From positions 128,001 to 192,000 of the forward strand of contig JAWLHY010000011.1 in NCBI GenBank assembly GCA_041690135.1: a DNA stretch of 64,000 nucleotides. The letters are read 5' to 3'. A program made the translations under genes and the position numbers. Positions 60,714 to 64,000 of the stretch are shown piece by piece (the stretch's first letter is position 1; every line of letters starts with the position of its first letter). The notes below the pieces were generated by a model. That model was given only the letters and a program-made list of their open reading frames with translations. It did not search any database and was not told the origin of the DNA. The stretch is from Armatimonadota bacterium (lineage in GTDB: Bacteria; Armatimonadota; SYMT01).

Positions 60714-61025
60714 ATGGCGTCTCACACGATCAAGGTCACCGGGGTTTCCGAAGAACTGCTTGCCCTGTTGGACGAGCGGATTCGCGCGCAGCATGCAACG
60801 GGTCGATCCGAGTACATTCGTGAATTGATCCGCCGGGAGGTGCTCAGTGCGGGTTCGAACGCGGCGCGAGGTTCAGAGACTTTCGACCAGCTACTGGCGC
60901 CCGTGCACGCTCACACTCGGGCACAAGGCGTTCCTGTGGAAGAGATCGAAGACGACATCGACGCGGAAATCCGGGAGTATCGGCGGGAGCGGGCTGGTCG
61001 CCGCACTAACGGCTACCCGCAATGA
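60714..61025 (+). CDS. Ribbon-helix-helix (CopG-like) antitoxin
   Basis: TIKVTGVSEELLALLDER...GRSEYIRELIRRE; the stop overlaps the next start (ATGA). Confidence 0.72.
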   Translation: MASHTIKVTGVSEELLALLDERIRAQHATGRSEYIRELIRREVLSAGSNAARGSETFDQLLAPVHAHTRAQGVPVEEIEDDIDAEIREYRRERAGRRTNGYPQ

Positions 61026-61155
61026 GCGGCGAGTCCGGCGTTCCTCCCAGAGCCGTCTTCGACTGCTCGCTCTACCTCCAGAAGGCTCTGGGAACTGGCC
61101 ACGCCTCGGCATGTTTCGATGCGGTCGAAACACGCCGCACACAGCTCGTGGCTAA
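61022..61155 (+). pseudogene. Truncated PIN-domain toxin
   Basis: RAVFDCSLYLQ.ALG.GHASACFDAVE resembles a PIN N-terminus. Similarity stops after ~45 aa and the frame runs into repeat DNA. Confidence 0.55.
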
Positions 61156-61255
61156 GTGGTGCATCCGGCAAGTGGTGATCAGATTCGCACGTCACCGAAA
61201 TACGTTCGGCGGAGTGGGTCAGGTCTCTACTGCCGAGCCTCAGAAAGCGGCACCA

Positions 61256-61403
61256 GTAGGGAACGTCTCGCCGCAGCGTTCCGCCGTCATGGGGCTGATC
61301 CTGTCCTGACCACTGGTAGCCGTCCTGTGTCAGGAAGAGTCCGGTTTGGCCCAACGGGATCAACTTCGGTGCCTGCGGAATGGAACGGCGTCACATTCCC
61401 TAC
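61256..61403. repeat. REPIN-like element GTAGGGAACG...CATTCCCTAC
   Basis: Both arms match the 34.4-34.85 kb cluster in inverted orientation. Confidence 0.8.
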
Positions 61404-61676
61404 CATCCCGGGCGCGTGTGACGCGGCGCGGATCCGAACCACTTCACCAGAGGTGGACAGATCACTGTACCGGACTGACCGGATGCGCGACTTCGTGCCG
61501 CCATTGAAGCGGAAGTGAGGGACGTTCTGGCGCGCCCCAGGCTGTTGTAGCTCCGCGTTTCCCTCCTCTTACCTCGTCACGCTTTCGGGCAGTTCGGCGT
61601 CACGTGAGGGTCACGGGCGTGGGGCGATCTTACTCCAGAGAATGAACCCGGAACGGTCCGGGGAGAGGAGAGATCC

Positions 61677-62480
61677 ATGCCACAGAAGGTGCACCTGGTC
61701 GTCATCGACCCGCAGGTCGATTTCTGCGACCCCGCGGGAGCCCTCTACGTGAAGGGGGCGGAGGACGACATCCGGCGGCTCGCGGCGATGGTCCGGCGGT
61801 TGTCGTCCCGGTTGGAAGACATCCACGTCACGCTGGACTCCCACCGCCTGATCGACGTGGCCCACCCGATCTTCTGGAAAGACTCGGGCGGGCGCCACCC
61901 CAGCCCGTTCACCCTCATCACCGCGACGGACGTGGAGTCCGGCCGGTGGAGCCCGGTGCTGCCGAGCCTCTACCGGCGGATGCTGGACTACGTGCGGCAG
62001 TTGGAGGTGAACGGCCGCTATCCGCTCTGCATCTGGCCGCCGCACTGCCTCATCGGCTCGCCCGGCCACTGCGTGATGCCGGAGCTGCGCGAGGCGCTGC
62101 TGGCCTGGGAAGAGGAGCGCTTTGCGATGGTCGATTACGTGACCAAGGGCTCCAATCCCTGGACCGAGCACTACTCGGCCGTCTGCGCCGACGTGCCGGA
62201 CCCGGCGGATCCCGGCACGCAGATCAACACTCGCTTCATCCAAACGCTCACGGAGGCGGATCTCGTGGTGATCGCGGGGGAAGCGGGCAGCCACTGCCTG
62301 GCCAACACCGTACGGGACATCGCGCGCAACTTCGGCGACGACTCCTGCGTGAAGCGGCTGGTGCTGCTGGAGGACGCCACCAGCCCCGTGCCGGGCTTCG
62401 AGCACTTCCAGACCGACTTCATCCGCGAGATGACCGCCCGCGGGATGCAGATCACGACGACGCGAGAGTTCCTGGCCTGA
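61677..62480 (+). CDS. Nicotinamidase-like cysteine hydrolase (isochorismatase superfamily)
   Basis: VIDPQVDFC (Asp), TLDSH, WPPHC, TKG (Lys), EHYSA, AGSHCL (Cys); RBS GAGGAG. Confidence 0.85.
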   Translation: MPQKVHLVVIDPQVDFCDPAGALYVKGAEDDIRRLAAMVRRLSSRLEDIHVTLDSHRLIDVAHPIFWKDSGGRHPSPFTLITATDVESGRWSPVLPSLYRRMLDYVRQLEVNGRYPLCIWPPHCLIGSPGHCVMPELREALLAWEEERFAMVDYVTKGSNPWTEHYSAVCADVPDPADPGTQINTRFIQTLTEADLVVIAGEAGSHCLANTVRDIARNFGDDSCVKRLVLLEDATSPVPGFEHFQTDFIREMTARGMQITTTREFLA

Positions 62481-62513
62481 AACTGGCCATTACAGGTGCG
62501 GGTGAACCCGGGA

Positions 62514-62612
62514 CGGGATCTGAGTTGGAAGGTTGGCAAGTTGAAGGTTGAAGGTTGAAGGTTGAAGGTTGAGGGTTAGAAACCGAACACCTGAACACCT
62601 GACCACCCGACC
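62514..62612. repeat. (GTTGAAG)n heptamer and (GAACACCT)n octamer tracts
   Basis: Seen directly between the hydrolase and vWA genes. Confidence 0.8.
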
Positions 62613-62627
62613 GAAGGGAGAATTTCG

Positions 62628-63371
62628 ATGCCGGTATTGAATGACATGACCATGGGGCAGCAGCGCCTGCCCTCGGGACATTACGGTTACTCGGCCACGC
62701 GGCTGGAGGACCTGGGAGCCGCGGAGTACACGCTGGTGACGATCGTCAACGACGTCTCCTCGAGCGTGAGTAGCTTCGTGCGGGAGATGGAGCAGGCCCT
62801 CCGGGAGATCATCCAGGCGTGTAAGCACTCGCCGCGGGCCGACAACTTGCTGGTCCGGCTGGTGACCTTCGGCCGTGACCTGCAGGAAGTGCATGGCTTC
62901 AAGCTGTTGGAGCGGTGCCACCTCGACGACTACCGCGGGGCGCTAACCATCGGTGGTGCGACCGCGCTCTACGACGCGGCGGAGAATGCGATCTCCGCCG
63001 GCGCCGACTACGCGAAGCAGCTCACCGACGCCGATTTCGCGGTCAACGGCATCGTGTTCGTGATCACCGACGGGGAGGACAACGCTTCCACGCTGGGCAT
63101 CCGCCACGTGCGCGATGCGCTGGGAAAGGCGACCCGCACCGAGGCGATGGAATCGCTGGTCTCGATCCTGGTTGGGGTGAACGTCCAGGACCCACGGATC
63201 GGGGGTTACCTCCAGGACCTCAAGACGGAAGCCGGCTTCACCCAGTACGTGGAGCTCGACCAGGCGGATGCGAGCACCCTGGCGCGCCTGGCGGCCTTCG
63301 TCTCCCGTTCGATCTCGGCACAGAGCCAGTCCCTCGGCACCGGCGGCCCCTCGACGCCGCTGCGGTTTTAG
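62628..63371 (+). CDS. Stand-alone vWA-domain protein (TerY-like)
   Basis: MIDAS DVSSS, GATALYDA, VITDGEDNAS. Confidence 0.85.
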   Translation: MPVLNDMTMGQQRLPSGHYGYSATRLEDLGAAEYTLVTIVNDVSSSVSSFVREMEQALREIIQACKHSPRADNLLVRLVTFGRDLQEVHGFKLLERCHLDDYRGALTIGGATALYDAAENAISAGADYAKQLTDADFAVNGIVFVITDGEDNASTLGIRHVRDALGKATRTEAMESLVSILVGVNVQDPRIGGYLQDLKTEAGFTQYVELDQADASTLARLAAFVSRSISAQSQSLGTGGPSTPLRF

Positions 63372-63372
63372 C

Positions 63373-63585
63373 AGGGGGCCGGGGGTTAGGGATCAGGGGT
63401 CAGGGGTCGGGCGACAGTAGGCGGTTAGCAGTAGGCGGAAGGCAGCCGGGATGCCGCGCAATGCGACACCGCGATGGTGCGAGGCAGCGTAGTGAGGCAA
63501 GCGGGCAGCCGCGAACGTGAGGGTTCGACTTACGCATCACGCATTACGCTGGGGGTTCCACTTACGCAATACGCATTACGCATCA
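63373..63585. repeat. Composite intergenic repeat tract, including the TACGCAW module
   Basis: gggttcgacttacgcatcacgcattacgc and ggggttccacttacgcaatacgcattacgcatca match the module inside the three PSD1 inserts. Confidence 0.8.
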
Positions 63586-63597
63586 CGGAGCCAGAAG

Positions 63598-64000
63598 ATG
63601 ACCGCGGACTGCGCCTTTCGAATCGGATATGGGCACGCGATTTGCCAGGACTACGGGATCGCCCGCTCGGGCGAGACCGCGCGGGTGATCCTGGCGGACG
63701 GCTGCTCTTCCTCGCCAGACACCGACCTCGGGGCGCGGCTGCTGGTCCGGACGGCGGAGCGGCTCATGGCCACGGACCGCCGGGCGGATGTGGAGAGACG
63801 GGAGACCGGCCCGTCTCCTCCCCATCCGGAGACGGAGCTGCCCGTCGAAGGGGCTGGGTTCCACCGCCGGGTGGTGCGGGCGGCGGCGGAGATCGCCTCG
63901 CAGTTGGGGCTCAATCGCCAGTGCCTAGACGCCACCCTGCTGACGCTGGCTTCCGGGCCGGAACGGTGGACGGCCACGCTCTACGGGGACGGCGTGCTGG
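63598..64000 (+). CDS. PP2C-like protein phosphatase, partial, runs off the right edge
   Basis: My own translation from ATG 63598: MTADCAFRIGYGHAICQDY...VILADGCSSSPDTDLGARLL...LDATLL...LYGDGVL, containing the CQD, ADG and GDG motifs. Confidence 0.85.
   Translation, partial: MTADCAFRIGYGHAICQDYGIARSGETARVILADGCSSSPDTDLGARLLVRTAERLMATDRRADVERRETGPSPPHPETELPVEGAGFHRRVVRAAAEIASQLGLNRQCLDATLLTLASGPERWTATLYGDGVL

Overview
High-GC bacterial chromosomal window. The gene content (DUF1549/DUF1553 'PSD1' cytochrome-domain proteins paired with DUF1501 proteins, a prepilin-leader protein, a BTAD-STAND regulator) suggests an Armatimonadota- or Planctomycetota-like organism; this is inference only. Housekeeping genes: ftsH, a K+ channel, mdh-sucD-sucC, clpS, USP and VIT1. 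Three tandem PSD1 + DUF1501 pairs span 5.9-21.7 kb, and a fourth DUF1549/1553 gene lies at 42-45 kb. Main observations: (1) The three divergent tandem PSD1 paralogues all carry a related 246-282 nt in-frame, repeat-built insert at the same codon position. The fourth paralogue lacks it, and one of its modules also occurs intergenically. (2) There is a relic CRISPR locus: a decayed cas2, a leader and a two-repeat array whose spacer ends in a perfect 24-bp palindrome. (3) A DUF559 nuclease remnant is bracketed by 40-bp inverted palindromic repeats. (4) An orphan secretin-like protein has a very large helical insertion. (5) A prepilin leader is fused to a polytopic membrane domain and a double zinc ribbon. 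(6) A nicotinamidase-like, vWA, PP2C operon (TerY-P-like) runs off the right edge. The window is also rich in REP/REPIN-type and 6-8-mer tandem repeats, both inside and between genes. No rRNA or tRNA was found. All family assignments come from motifs read by eye; no searches were run.
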